Shown here: piece by piece, positions 1 to 10,607 of the stretch | How the letters are laid out: every line of letters starts with the position of its first letter | Position numbering within the stretch: the stretch's first letter is position 1 | Assembly (NCBI GenBank): GCA_034439755.1 | Contig: JAWXAZ010000008.1 | Span: 44,797-108,796, forward strand | Length of the DNA: 64,000 bases | Reading direction: 5' to 3' | Origin: a bacterium | GTDB lineage: Bacteria > Bacteroidota > Bacteroidia > UKL13-3 | Position numbers and translations under genes: made by a program | Notes under the pieces: generated by a model | Database searches by the model: none | Told to the model about the DNA's origin: nothing | The model's input: the letters and a program-made list of their open reading frames with translations, nothing else

Positions 1-1
1 C

Positions 2-1120
2 TTGCAGAATTTATTAAAGAAAGACCCAAATTGGATAGTTAAGGGTATTTCTATCAATGCATTTGCTTCACCTGATGGAGAGTTAGAAAGAAATAGTAAC
101 TTATCGAAAGGACGTTCTTCTTCTACTTTTGCTTATTTTAGAAAAGAGCTTAAGAAATTAGGTTTCGCCGAAGTAAATGACAGCAACTTTAGCATGGGTT
201 ACATGTTAGCAGAAGATTGGAAAGGATTTGCTACTGAACTTTCTACTTCAACTTTAGCTGATAAAGATGCGATGGTTGCAATTATAAACAATACGAGCAT
301 CAGCGATGAGGAGCGTGAGGCTCAATTGCGAAAAAATCACGAGAAATCTTGGAAGAAAGCTGCTGAAACAATTTTACCGAAATTGCGTAAATCTGAGTTG
401 ATTGTAATTGGAAATAAGCCATTTAAAACAGAAGCTCAATTGATGACTTATTATGGTAAATACGACCAATTGAGTCAGATTGAATTATATCATTTATCTG
501 TAATCTCTACTGATTTGAAACAAAAAGAAGAGGTATTGGTGGTTTATACAACTAAATACAGCGATGATTGGAGAGGTTTTAACGACCTAGCTTTGGTTAA
601 CATGAAGAACAACAACCTTATCAGTGCAAAAGGAAACTTAAACAGAGCAAATGAAATCAATGCGAATAATGGAACAGTTTTAGCCAACTTAGGCGCTTTA
701 TCACGTGCTGAAGGCAATTTAGTTGCTGCACGTAATTTCTACGAACAAGCTTCTAAAAGTGGTGCTAAAACTTATTATAACCTAGGCGTTTATGATATTA
801 AAGTTGGTAACTATGCATCTGCTACTAGCAATTTTGGTAAAAGCGGAATTTCTGATTTTAATACTGCTTTGGCTCAATTGTTAAACGGTGATGCAAATGG
901 TGCTAAAACTACGATTGATAATTTAAGTCCAGATGTACTTACCTGGGAACATTACTATTTGCGCGCTATCTGTGGCGCAAGAATGAACAATCAAGATGTT
1001 TGTACCACTAATTTAGCTCTAGCTGTTAGCAAGAATGCTTCTGTTAGAAATATGGCTAAAGAAGATTTAGAATTTGCTAAGTTCTTCAAGAACCCGTTAT
1101 TTGAAGCAGCTATTCGCTAG
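2..1120 (+). CDS. hypothetical protein, N-terminus cut by window edge; TPR-like C-terminal half
   Basis: Frame is open from the window start to TAG 1118-1120 (372 codons). Helical repeat segments (NLGALSRAEGNLVAARNFYEQA, YYNLGVYDIKVGNYASA) look TPR-like. A hairpin terminator follows. No family recognised. Confidence 0.6.
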   Translation: MQNLLKKDPNWIVKGISINAFASPDGELERNSNLSKGRSSSTFAYFRKELKKLGFAEVNDSNFSMGYMLAEDWKGFATELSTSTLADKDAMVAIINNTSISDEEREAQLRKNHEKSWKKAAETILPKLRKSELIVIGNKPFKTEAQLMTYYGKYDQLSQIELYHLSVISTDLKQKEEVLVVYTTKYSDDWRGFNDLALVNMKNNNLISAKGNLNRANEINANNGTVLANLGALSRAEGNLVAARNFYEQASKSGAKTYYNLGVYDIKVGNYASATSNFGKSGISDFNTALAQLLNGDANGAKTTIDNLSPDVLTWEHYYLRAICGARMNNQDVCTTNLALAVSKNASVRNMAKEDLEFAKFFKNPLFEAAIR

Positions 1121-1150
1121 TCTTAAAAAACATTTGTGATATTTAAAAAA

Positions 1151-1182
1151 CCCTGGAGCTTTGCTCTGGGGTTTTTTGTTTT
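1151..1182 (+). terminator. rho-independent terminator
   Basis: Stem CCCTGGAGC-TTT-GCTCTGGGG (two G:U pairs) followed by TTTTTTGTTTT, about 30 nt after the stop codon. Confidence 0.7.
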
Positions 1183-1265
1183 AAAATCTTTTCCACATCA
1201 ATGTGCAAAAACACAGGTTTAGCAATCCGTTTTGAGTGCTTATCTTAGCATCTTCATTTTTGAGT

Positions 1266-3146
1266 ATGGCAGAAGAAGTTGTAAATTATGATGAGAGCAG
1301 CATACGCTCTTTAGATTGGCGTGAACATATACGCCTTAGGCCTGGTATGTACATTGGTAAATTGGGCGATGGCAGCGCCATGGACGATGGTATATACATC
1401 CTGTTAAAGGAGATTATCGATAATTCCATTGATGAATTTGTGATGGGCAATGGCCGACAAATAGATATAAAAGTTAAGGAAGGGGTGGCTTTTATTCGCG
1501 ATTACGGGAGAGGCATTCCACTAGGAAAAGTAATAGAATGCGTTTCTCAAATTAATACGGGTGGTAAATATGATTCCAAAGCTTTTAAAAAATCGGTAGG
1601 ATTAAATGGGGTAGGAACCAAGGCGGTTAATGCCTTGTCTATGTCGTTTAAAGTGCAATCTTTTAGGGAAGGAAAAACTAAGATTGTTGAGTTCGAAAAA
1701 GGGAATTTGGTTAAGGACCATAAACTTCAAGATACCATTGAGCCTAACGGAACAGCCATTTCTTTTGTAGCCGATGATAGTATTTTTAAGCATTTCAAAT
1801 TCATCAATGAGTATATTGAGAATATGCTCTGGAATTATGTTTATTTAAATAGTGGTTTAACCATTTGGTTCAACGACAAAAAATATTTTTCTAAGGACGG
1901 ATTATTGGACTTGCTAAAGCGCAAAACCAATGAGGAAGCACTTCGCTATCCAATTATTCATTTAAAAGGTGAGGATATTGAAGTTGCCATTACACACGAA
2001 AATCAATATGGTGAGGAGTATTATAGCTTTGTTAATGGTCAACACACCACCCAAGGAGGTACGCATTTAAATGCATTTAGGGAAGCTTTTGCTAAAACGG
2101 TTAGAGAGTTTTATAAAAAAGATTTCGACTTAGCCGATATAAGGGCAAGTATTATTGCAGCGGTGAGTTTAAGGGTTCAAGAACCAGTGTTTGAAAGTCA
2201 GACCAAAACAAAATTGGGTTCTCAAAATATGGCACCAACTGAATCGCCTTCGGTAAGGCAGTTTGTGAGCGATTTCTTAAAAAAGAGTTTGGACGATTAC
2301 CTACATAAGCACCCCGAAGCGGCGGATGCTTTATTGAGAAGAATCAACCAAAGTGAGCGCGAACGCAAGGAAATGGCTGGTATTAAAAAGCTTGCCAACG
2401 ACCGCGCAAAAAAAGCGAACTTGCACAATAAAAAATTGCGCGATTGCCGCATTCATTATAATGATGGAAAAGATGAAAAGAAGTTTGAATCCACTTTATT
2501 TATTACAGAGGGGGATTCGGCAAGTGGGTCCATTACTAAGAGCAGGAATGTAGAATTGCAGGCGGTTTTTAGTTTAAGAGGTAAGCCTTTAAATAGTTTT
2601 GGTTTAACCAAAAAAGTTGTTTACGAAAACGAAGAATTTAACTTGCTGCAACACGCCTTAAATATTGAAGAAAGCATCGAAGACCTTCGTTATAATAGGA
2701 TAGTAGTAGCAACCGATGCCGATGTGGATGGCATGCATATTCGTTTGTTGTTGCTGACATTTTTTCTTCAATTTTTTCCGGATTTAGCCAAAAACGGACA
2801 TTTATATATACTTGAAACGCCTTTGTTTAGGGTGCGTAACAAGCAAAAGACAATTTATTGTTATACAGACCAAGAACGTCAAGAAGCAATTAGTCAATTA
2901 GGTGTTAGGCCAGAAATTACCCGATTTAAGGGATTAGGCGAAATTTCTCCCGAGGAATTTGGTTTGTTTATTGGGGAAGACATGCGCTTGCAACCTGTTG
3001 TTTTAAATCCTGAAATGCCCATTCAAAAAATGTTGGAATATTATATGGGTAAAAATACCATGGATAGGCAAGCATTTATCATCGATAATTTGCGCATTGA
3101 AAAAGACATGGTTCATAAAGAAGAGGAAGAAGAGGAGCTAGTTTAG
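1266..3146 (+). CDS. parE: DNA topoisomerase IV subunit B (type IIA topoisomerase B subunit)
   Basis: Start at ATG 1266; the track ORF starts at an upstream GTG 1236. GHKL and TOPRIM motifs present: [52 protein letters not shown]. The N-terminus [16 protein letters not shown] and the ~626-aa size fit Bacteroidota ParE rather than GyrB. Ends in an EEEEEE tail. Confidence 0.8.
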   Translation: MAEEVVNYDESSIRSLDWREHIRLRPGMYIGKLGDGSAMDDGIYILLKEIIDNSIDEFVMGNGRQIDIKVKEGVAFIRDYGRGIPLGKVIECVSQINTGGKYDSKAFKKSVGLNGVGTKAVNALSMSFKVQSFREGKTKIVEFEKGNLVKDHKLQDTIEPNGTAISFVADDSIFKHFKFINEYIENMLWNYVYLNSGLTIWFNDKKYFSKDGLLDLLKRKTNEEALRYPIIHLKGEDIEVAITHENQYGEEYYSFVNGQHTTQGGTHLNAFREAFAKTVREFYKKDFDLADIRASIIAAVSLRVQEPVFESQTKTKLGSQNMAPTESPSVRQFVSDFLKKSLDDYLHKHPEAADALLRRINQSERERKEMAGIKKLANDRAKKANLHNKKLRDCRIHYNDGKDEKKFESTLFITEGDSASGSITKSRNVELQAVFSLRGKPLNSFGLTKKVVYENEEFNLLQHALNIEESIEDLRYNRIVVATDADVDGMHIRLLLLTFFLQFFPDLAKNGHLYILETPLFRVRNKQKTIYCYTDQERQEAISQLGVRPEITRFKGLGEISPEEFGLFIGEDMRLQPVVLNPEMPIQKMLEYYMGKNTMDRQAFIIDNLRIEKDMVHKEEEEEELV

Positions 3147-3175
3147 TTTGTAAGTATAAATTTATTTGTTTGTTT

Positions 3176-3865
3176 ATGCGCATCGCACTATTAATTCTTG
3201 TAATCAGTCTTTTTTCGTGCAAACGAGAAAAAGAAAATTTTGTAGTGAGTGGCGTATTGTATAAAGATTGCTCTAAAACAATTCCTTATGCCAATTACCC
3301 GCTTATTTTAGAATATTTTACCAAGAGCCTTTTAGAAGATCCATTTGAATTGACTATGACCACCAATGAAAAAGGAGAATTTTCTGCCACTTATGAAAGC
3401 ATATCTGATCTTATTAATGGAAATCTTTCAATTTCATATGTTGCTGGTTTTTCTACTACCTCACTTATTTCAGACCTTCCACTCAACAAAACAGTAAACC
3501 TTGGAAATGTTGTTAAAGGGGTCAATACATTTTATATTTTAAAAATTGCCACACCAAAATCCTATTCATCAATTGATACACTTTATTACGGTGTAAATGC
3601 TAGTAATTTTGCACCACCTTACATGATGAGAGCCCCTTATATTGTTGGGCCGTTTAAGGATGGACAAGTAATTGATACGATTACTAGGTTAAGCTTACTT
3701 TCTTATGATAATAATAGCCAAACAGTAATTGCTCCTATTTACAAAGAATGGTGTTTAGGAGCGATGTACCATGATCCAAAAAGGCAAAACCAACAAGTAT
3801 TCAATATTAGCCCTTGCACTAAATACCAAGATGCTGTGATTGATTTATACAAATCTATCAAGTAA
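3176..3865 (+). CDS. hypothetical lipoprotein
   Basis: ATG 3176 gives MRIALLILVISLFSCKRE, a signal peptide with an LFSC lipobox (the track uses an upstream TTG 3170). No recognisable domain. Confidence 0.65.
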   Translation: MRIALLILVISLFSCKREKENFVVSGVLYKDCSKTIPYANYPLILEYFTKSLLEDPFELTMTTNEKGEFSATYESISDLINGNLSISYVAGFSTTSLISDLPLNKTVNLGNVVKGVNTFYILKIATPKSYSSIDTLYYGVNASNFAPPYMMRAPYIVGPFKDGQVIDTITRLSLLSYDNNSQTVIAPIYKEWCLGAMYHDPKRQNQQVFNISPCTKYQDAVIDLYKSIK

Positions 3866-3876
3866 GTTTAATCCGA

Positions 3877-4716
3877 TTATTGTTTGGCATTTTTAGTGTA
3901 TTGATTATACTTATTCTCTTTTAAAAACCCATATAATCTTATACCAAACTCCTCTGCGGTGCTTACCGCCAAACTACTTGGCGCTCCAACTGCAACAATA
4001 TTTGGGATTCTAGCCATTGCCGCCTTTTGAACCAATTCAAAACTTGCTCTACCACTTAACAACAAAATAGAGTCTGAAAAATTGATTCCATCATCTGCCA
4101 ATACTGCTCCAATTAACTTATCTAATGCGTTATGTCGACCAACGTCTTCTCTCACCAAAAGCAATTTACCATTCTTATCAAATAAAGCACTGGCGTGAAT
4201 TCCTCCAGTATATTTAAATACGGTTTGAACCGAATCTAATTGTGTTGTTAAATTGAAAATGATAGAGGGACTTGGCTCAAAAACTGAGCTTTCTATTCTG
4301 TCGCATTGCTGAAAAACTGCGTCGATGCTAGCTTTTCCACATACACCACAACTCGAAGTCGTATAAAAATTTCTTTGCAAAGAGCTTGAATCAAATGCTA
4401 TGTTTTCTTTGAGTTCTACCCGCACCACATTAAATAAATTCTCCTTAGAATTCAGTTCTGTGCAATATTGAATATTCAATATATCCTCAGCATTTTTAAC
4501 AATTCCTTCCGTAAACAAAAATCCCAAAGCCAGTTCAAAATCATTCCCTGGTGTACGCATCGTTACAGAAATTCTTTGTTGCTGCCTATTTTCTTTTGGT
4601 CCAAACCCAAGCCGAATTTCTAAGGGCTCTTCTATGGACAGAAGATCCTCCGTATAATTCACGTGATTATCTTGGAAGCGTATTAATCGAATTGCCATTA
4701 CCGATGCTTTAGTCAT
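3877..4716 (-). CDS. fdhD: formate dehydrogenase accessory sulfurtransferase FdhD
   Basis: Carries the FdhD-family motifs SSCGVCGKASID and GRHNALDKLIG; 279 aa. Its start codon abuts the stop of the upstream M1 peptidase gene. Confidence 0.85.
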   Translation of the reverse strand: MTKASVMAIRLIRFQDNHVNYTEDLLSIEEPLEIRLGFGPKENRQQQRISVTMRTPGNDFELALGFLFTEGIVKNAEDILNIQYCTELNSKENLFNVVRVELKENIAFDSSSLQRNFYTTSSCGVCGKASIDAVFQQCDRIESSVFEPSPSIIFNLTTQLDSVQTVFKYTGGIHASALFDKNGKLLLVREDVGRHNALDKLIGAVLADDGINFSDSILLLSGRASFELVQKAAMARIPNIVAVGAPSSLAVSTAEEFGIRLYGFLKENKYNQYTKNAKQ

Positions 4717-7074
4717 TTATTTTACGATAAAGTTTTTAGTAACCATACCTTTAGAATCCTCAAAAACAAGGATGTAAGCACCCTTGTTAAAGCCCTTCGT
4801 TTCTATGCTTAAGCTTTTATCGTTCTTCTTTACTTGAACTAGCTCAATTAAAGTGCCACTATAATCATAAACACTAAGCTTACCACTTAGGTGCATAATG
4901 GGCAATTCAATATTTAGGATGTCTTCGGTAGGGTTAGGGAATATATTCATTTCTCTCTTAGAATCAAGCACCGGCGAAACCGATGCTGTAAAATCTTTAT
5001 ACCCAAATGCATAATCACCTTTCTTTAAATTATTGACCCAAAACCGACCCACTTTATCTGTTTTACTACCTCCAGGTTGAAAGGTTAAATCTGTTTCTAC
5101 AACAAAAGCTGTTTCGGCATTTGGTCTATATAACAGCACCAAACTGTCTTCGCTACCTTTTATTAATTCATTGTCGAGAAACCCGCCATTCTTGGTGCTT
5201 GGGGTAGAGCCATCATAATTAAAAAAGGCCGTAGCTTTAAAATTTTCGTCAAACAATCCATCTACATGCCAATACCTTTCTGCCGAGATTCTTATTCCAG
5301 GAACCTGCTGCAAAGCAGAAAAATTGGGTCCAGCAAAATGGTGTTCGGTAAACAATAAAACCGAGTCGGTAACTTGTTGAACCGTTGCAGTAAACAAGGT
5401 ATTAGAATAGGTTTTGGCGCCAGTACTTTTAATCCACTCTTTCTTAGTGGTTTTGGCTAAGGCTAATTTATTATTTTCATTCAAAGCCATAAAAGCAATA
5501 TTGTTATCTAAATTTAATTCATTGCTTGCACTGCCATCCCAAGATGGCCTAATAGTAACAGGAAAATCAGTTTTATTGCCTTTTAAATCATATAAACTCA
5601 AAACCACCTCTAAATAACTTGGCATTTCTGTTTTATGTCGGCGCATCACCTGGGTCTTTAGAACAAACACACCCGAAGATTTAGGTTTTAAGGAAACAAT
5701 TTGCAAGTCCAAATCTCCGGCATCATAAATCCAAACATTAAAAAATGCCACCATATCAACTTTGGAGAATCCAGTAAAATAATCCATTAAATTAAAAGAA
5801 ATCACATCTCTAAATGGCAATGATTTTAAGTAATACCTACAAGCAGCAAAAAAGGCAGAATCGCCCATCATGCTCCTTAAAGTGTGAACCATAGCGCCTC
5901 CTTTTGTATAAACATGTGTGCCATATGTTTGGGCAAGTGGCACACCAGAAACTGGCAAGAATCCGCCATCTCTCACATGCGCCCAACGCAAATATTCAAA
6001 AATCTCATCTCCAATTTTGGCGTCATATGCATTTCTGCCATTTACGCATTCAAGAAACAAAGCCTCACAATAGCTGGCCCAACCTTCGTTAAGCCACATG
6101 TCGGCGGCAACGCGTGTGGTAACCAAATTTCCCCACCAATGATGCGACAATTCATGCGCCATTAAAGTTTCATAATTGCCCGTACCGTCCACCGCATACA
6201 ATGGGTAGGATATATTACAAGCATGTTCCATTGCTCCCGAGTTAAACGGCACACCAACATATCCAATTCGGTCAAATAAATACGGTCCAAATCGCTCCTC
6301 AAAACACTGCATGGCTTGGTTCAGCCTAGCAAAAGATGCCTTTGCTTTTAGGGTATCAGCCGCTGCAACAGCCAATACTATGGGGATGTTTCTTTGAATG
6401 CCTGCATAGTTACTGCTTACTAAAACATACTTGCTCACTGCTACGTTGGCAATATAGGTGGGTATGGTCTGACCCAAACGCCAGTTCCAAGTAATGGACC
6501 CATCTAAATGGTTTGTGGCCGGCTCTTGAAGTCCGCTACATACTGCCATAAAGCCTGAATCTGTGGTAATATGAAATTCATACGTTGCCCGGTCTATAAA
6601 ATTATCGTTGCAAGGAAACCAGCAGCGACCAAAGTTTGGCGGATTGGAACCCATACCAACTCCCATGTTAAAAGCATAATTTCCAGAAAAGAAAAATCCG
6701 CCCCAACGACTGTCCTTAACAGGTGATCCTTTGTAGTAAATATCAAACTGAATGCTATCGGCTTGGTAATATTCTTTGTCCAAAATAAAGCTTACGGTAG
6801 AGTCGGTATTTGTAAAGTTTACAGGCTTTCCTTTAATTAAAATCGAATCCACCCCAAGCTTTAATAAGTCGAGCGTAAGCGCACTGGTTTGATTAAAATT
6901 TATCAGTCCCGAAATGCTTGCTTTTCCCGAAATTTGTTTGTTGTCGATGTTTCTTAATGAAATGGACAAGTTGTAATGAGTAATATCCAAAGAATCAATT
7001 CTATTTGCGAAAATTTGCCCGCTAAATGCGGCAAAAAAAAGGAGCAAGGCTATGCCGTTTTTATGTTTAATCAT
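4717..7074 (-). CDS. M1-family zinc metallopeptidase with T9SS C-terminal sorting domain
   Basis: Gluzincin signature HELSHHWWGN (HEXXH) plus NEGWASY. N-terminal signal peptide. The C-terminus (IFPNPTEDILNIEL...AYILVFEDSKGMVTKNFIVK) resembles a type A Por_Secre_tail domain. Confidence 0.85.
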   Translation of the reverse strand: MIKHKNGIALLLFFAAFSGQIFANRIDSLDITHYNLSISLRNIDNKQISGKASISGLINFNQTSALTLDLLKLGVDSILIKGKPVNFTNTDSTVSFILDKEYYQADSIQFDIYYKGSPVKDSRWGGFFFSGNYAFNMGVGMGSNPPNFGRCWFPCNDNFIDRATYEFHITTDSGFMAVCSGLQEPATNHLDGSITWNWRLGQTIPTYIANVAVSKYVLVSSNYAGIQRNIPIVLAVAAADTLKAKASFARLNQAMQCFEERFGPYLFDRIGYVGVPFNSGAMEHACNISYPLYAVDGTGNYETLMAHELSHHWWGNLVTTRVAADMWLNEGWASYCEALFLECVNGRNAYDAKIGDEIFEYLRWAHVRDGGFLPVSGVPLAQTYGTHVYTKGGAMVHTLRSMMGDSAFFAACRYYLKSLPFRDVISFNLMDYFTGFSKVDMVAFFNVWIYDAGDLDLQIVSLKPKSSGVFVLKTQVMRRHKTEMPSYLEVVLSLYDLKGNKTDFPVTIRPSWDGSASNELNLDNNIAFMALNENNKLALAKTTKKEWIKSTGAKTYSNTLFTATVQQVTDSVLLFTEHHFAGPNFSALQQVPGIRISAERYWHVDGLFDENFKATAFFNYDGSTPSTKNGGFLDNELIKGSEDSLVLLYRPNAETAFVVETDLTFQPGGSKTDKVGRFWVNNLKKGDYAFGYKDFTASVSPVLDSKREMNIFPNPTEDILNIELPIMHLSGKLSVYDYSGTLIELVQVKKNDKSLSIETKGFNKGAYILVFEDSKGMVTKNFIVK

Positions 7075-7269
7075 ATGTATTCAAATATAAGGCAAAAAAA
7101 CGAGCAATTTCTTATCCACAAATGAACTTATTTTTGTGGGAATTTTATAGTCTAAAATCGCCGCGAATACCTTATTTTGCAATACTTTGTAAGTTTAATA
7201 GAAAGAATTAAGAAAGCGAAACAAATCACTTTTTAATTGAACCTAAAACCCAGAGCAATAAATTAGATT

Positions 7270-9882
7270 ATGGCAGAAGATAGAATAATACAAATCAACA
7301 TTGAAGATGAAATGAAAACCGCATACATCGATTATTCGATGTCGGTTATTGTGAGTAGGGCTTTGCCCGATGTTCGCGACGGATTAAAGCCCGTGCACCG
7401 TAGGGTTTTGTATGGTATGACAGAATTGGGCTTGGCTTCTAACCGTTCCCACAAAAAGTCTGCCCGTATTGTGGGAGAAGTTTTGGGAAAGTATCACCCA
7501 CATGGAGATTCCTCTGTTTACGATGCCATGGTGCGAATGGCCCAAGAGTGGAACATGCGTTACATGTTGGTAGACGGACAAGGAAACTTTGGTTCTGTGG
7601 ATGGCGATCCACCAGCTGCAATGCGTTATACGGAAGCCCGTTTGCGCAAAATGGCGGAAGAATTATTGACCGATATTGATAAGAACACCGTAGATTTTAG
7701 GTCGAATTTTGATGATAGTTTAACCGAACCAACGGTTTTACCTTCAAAAGTTCCAAATTTATTGATGAACGGCGCTTCTGGAATTGCCGTTGGTATGGCA
7801 ACCAACATGGCACCACATAATTTATCTGAATGTGTGGATGGTATTATTGCCTATATCGAAAATAGGGAAATAACCATTCCCGAGTTAATGAAGTATATTA
7901 AAGCGCCAGATTTTCCTACCGGTGCTACCATTTATGGATATGAAGGCGTAAGACAAGCCCTTGAAACAGGAAGAGGGCGCATTGTTATGCGTGCTAAAGC
8001 AGGATTTGAAACCAGCAAGACTGGCAAGGATCAGATTGTAGTTCACGAAATTCCTTATCAAGTAAATAAGGCAACTTTAATTAAGCAAATTGCCGACTTA
8101 GTAAACGAAAAAGTTGTTGAAGGAATTAGTGATGTAAGGGATGAGAGTGATAGGGAAGGAATGCGCATGGTGTTTGACCTTAAGCGCGATTGTGTGCCTA
8201 ATGTGGTTTTAAACAAACTATACAAATATTCTCAACTACAAACTTCTTTTAGTGTTAACAATGTGGCCTTGGTAAAAGGTCGCCCAGAAACATTAAACCT
8301 AAAAGACCTTATCGTTCATTTTGTTGAGCATAGACATGTGGTGGTTATTCGCAGAACCCAATTCGATTTGGAGGAAGCTAAAAAGCGTGCCCATATTTTA
8401 GAAGGTTTACTTATTGCTTTAGATCACTTAGATCAAGTAATTGCCTTAATTAGAGCTGCCCGCACACCAGACGAAGCCAAGAATGGTTTAATGGAAACTT
8501 TTAAATTGTCTGACATTCAGTCTAAGGCAATTTTGGACATGCGTTTACAGCGTTTAACCGGACTAGAACGCGATAAGATTAAAGATGAGTATAATCAAAT
8601 TATGGAATTGATTGCTCGTTTAGAAGAGATTTTATCGAATGAAGCCTTGCGCATGCAAATTATCAAAGACGAACTTATTGAAATGAAAGATAAGTATGGC
8701 GATGAGCGCAGAAGTGTGATTGAGATGGTTGGCAATGAAATGAGTATGGAAGATTTAATTCCAGATGATGAGGTGGTTATTACCATTTCTCACTTGGGTT
8801 ATATGAAGCGTACCAGCTTAAATGAATACCGCACGCAAGCGCGTGGTGGCAGAGGTAGCAGGGGCGTTGCCAAACGTCAGGAAGACTTTGTTGAGCATAT
8901 CTTTATGGCCACAAACCACAATTACCTATTGTTATTCACCGAGCAAGGTCGTTGTTTCTGGCTGCGTGTTTTTGAAATTCCAGAAGGAGAAAAAACAAGC
9001 AAGGGCAGGGCTATTCAAAACCTCATTAATATTCCGGCAGAAGATAAGGTTAAGGCTTTCTTGAATGTAAAATCATTAAGCGACCCTGATTACCTAAGCA
9101 CTTATAACGTAATTATGGTTACCCAAAAAGGTACCATCAAGAAAACTACTTTAGAGGCTTATAGCCGCCCAAGAGCAAATGGTATTAACTCTATGAATGT
9201 GCGCGAAGGCGATACCTTGGTAGAGGCAAAATTAACCAATGGCACAAGCGAAATTATTATCGCTAGCCGCGAAGGTAAAGCCATTCGTTTTAATGAAAGC
9301 GGTGTTAGGCCAATGGGAAGAAATGCAACTGGCGTTCGCTCAATAAGGCTAGCAGATGGCGATGAGGTTATTGGAATGGTGTCTATTGAAGATCCTAAAG
9401 CAACCAATGTGTTGGTGGTAAGTGAGAATGGAATGGGTAAGCGCACCGAGGTGGAAGCTTATAGAATTACAAAGCGTGGTGGAAAAGGCGTTATGGCCAT
9501 GAATGTGACCGATAAAACAGGTAAGCTAGTTTCTATTAAGGAAGTAGATGATACCAACGACATCATGATCATTAACAAAAGCGGAATTACCATTAGGTTA
9601 AGCGTAAGCTCATTGAGAGTGCTTGGAAGGGTAACGCAAGGGGTAAGATTAATCAATATTGGTGGTAAAGATGAAATTGCGAGTGTTGCAAAAATTAATT
9701 ATATCCCTGGCGATGAGGAGGTAGAATCTGTTGAGGAAGATGGAGAAATAGTAGAAGGATTTGAAGTGATTGCTGGCACAGAAAAGGATATTGAGGAAGT
9801 TGGACCAGAGATTGTAGAAGAGGATGAAGAAGAAGAGGAAGAAGATGGAACAGAGGATGTTGGTCCAGAGGATAAGGAATAA
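7270..9882 (+). CDS. gyrA: DNA gyrase subunit A
   Basis: Motifs [12 protein letters not shown] and [10 protein letters not shown] (active-site Tyr region), plus GyrA-box-like [10 protein letters not shown] at the start of the C-terminal domain. 870 aa with a long Glu/Asp-rich tail. Confidence 0.93.
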   Translation: MAEDRIIQINIEDEMKTAYIDYSMSVIVSRALPDVRDGLKPVHRRVLYGMTELGLASNRSHKKSARIVGEVLGKYHPHGDSSVYDAMVRMAQEWNMRYMLVDGQGNFGSVDGDPPAAMRYTEARLRKMAEELLTDIDKNTVDFRSNFDDSLTEPTVLPSKVPNLLMNGASGIAVGMATNMAPHNLSECVDGIIAYIENREITIPELMKYIKAPDFPTGATIYGYEGVRQALETGRGRIVMRAKAGFETSKTGKDQIVVHEIPYQVNKATLIKQIADLVNEKVVEGISDVRDESDREGMRMVFDLKRDCVPNVVLNKLYKYSQLQTSFSVNNVALVKGRPETLNLKDLIVHFVEHRHVVVIRRTQFDLEEAKKRAHILEGLLIALDHLDQVIALIRAARTPDEAKNGLMETFKLSDIQSKAILDMRLQRLTGLERDKIKDEYNQIMELIARLEEILSNEALRMQIIKDELIEMKDKYGDERRSVIEMVGNEMSMEDLIPDDEVVITISHLGYMKRTSLNEYRTQARGGRGSRGVAKRQEDFVEHIFMATNHNYLLLFTEQGRCFWLRVFEIPEGEKTSKGRAIQNLINIPAEDKVKAFLNVKSLSDPDYLSTYNVIMVTQKGTIKKTTLEAYSRPRANGINSMNVREGDTLVEAKLTNGTSEIIIASREGKAIRFNESGVRPMGRNATGVRSIRLADGDEVIGMVSIEDPKATNVLVVSENGMGKRTEVEAYRITKRGGKGVMAMNVTDKTGKLVSIKEVDDTNDIMIINKSGITIRLSVSSLRVLGRVTQGVRLINIGGKDEIASVAKINYIPGDEEVESVEEDGEIVEGFEVIAGTEKDIEEVGPEIVEEDEEEEEEDGTEDVGPEDKE

Positions 9883-9906
9883 AATAAATAACACAATCAT
9901 AAAAAA

Positions 9907-9940
9907 ACTCCGCAGCTTAATTGTTGCGGAGTTTTTTTTC
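9907..9940 (+). terminator. rho-independent terminator of gyrA
   Basis: Stem ACTCCGCA-gcttaatt-TGCGGAGT followed by a run of 8 T, 25 nt after the gyrA stop. Confidence 0.8.
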
Positions 9941-9950
9941 GGTCTGATCC
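9941..9950 (+). repeat. over-represented motif copy (GGTCTGATCC)
   Basis: Exact copy; context TTTTCGGTCTGATCCAAAGC. Intergenic, directly abutting the gyrA terminator T-run. Confidence 0.9.
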
Positions 9951-10024
9951 AAAGCTTTTAACTTGATTTGACGTCTAGATAATACCGGTTAAACAAAATA
10001 TCAAAAGCATTGCTTCATAAATTA

Positions 10025-10355
10025 TTCCATTACTTAAATTAAATTAGTCCAAAGGGCAATTTGATTTAAGTATGGTAAATCCCTAAAGACAAGATGTTTA
10101 GTCCAAATATTTTTGGACTAAAACATTTCCAATACCCAGGTGATACACTTTATGTGAATTTGCCTTTAAACATAAGATTGCATCACTCTTACTTTTCTTA
10201 TAAGTTATTTGTCCAAATGCCATGCATAAGAACTGTTTCTAACAGCTAAATTCCTTTACCTTATAATCGCCATTGTGCCTATTAACGATGGTTTGAAACG
10301 AGGTTGAATACACCAAACTAATTATTTGATAAAACACATATTTTCCTGAATTCAT
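10025..10355 (-). pseudogene. remnant of IS4-family transposase (DUF4372-type N-terminus), nonsense and frameshift mutations, DDE domain missing
   Basis: Minus strand from ATG 10355 reads MNSGKYVFYQIISLVYSTSFQTIVNRHNGDYKVKEFSC*KQFLCMAFGQITYKKSKSDAILCLKANSHKVYHLGIGNVLVQKYLD*. After a frame shift it continues HLVFRDLPYLNQIALWTNLI. This matches my recollection of Bacteroidota IS4 transposase N-termini (MNxGKYVFxQ...FSCWNQFLCMxFGQLT...LYHLGI). TAG replaces the conserved Trp. Confidence 0.55.
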
Positions 10356-10489
10356 GATTAAATTATTTTCAGTAAAATAAGGCTAGTAATTCCAAAAAAA
10401 ACTCAAATCGTGTTAAGTTAAAAAACCTGGCGAACTCAATATTAACAAGCCTTTAAAAGAACTACTAATCAAAACAACGCAATGTTAGT

Positions 10490-10542
10490 AACAAAATAAT
10501 AGTCCAATTTCGATAAATATCTCATTGTACTATTATTTTGTT
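10490..10542. repeat. 14-bp perfect inverted repeat
   Basis: AACAAAATAATAGT (10490-10503) pairs with ACTATTATTTTGTT (10529-10542), with a 25-nt spacer. It lies between the transposase relic and the M28 gene stop. AT-only stem; function unknown, possibly IS-end debris. Confidence 0.5.
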
Positions 10543-10607
10543 ATTTCGGCATTTACCCTAGTAAAATTATCAAATAGCTTTGGACTATTTAATAATTCCA
10601 ATAGGTA

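Noticed and set aside
9649-9900. Track ORFs 9649-9900 and 9699-9896 on the minus strand (83 and 65 aa, Ser/Phe/Leu-rich).
   Set aside because: They are antisense to the Glu/Asp-rich gyrA tail. These are low-complexity frames produced by GAA/GAG repeats, with no independent start context.
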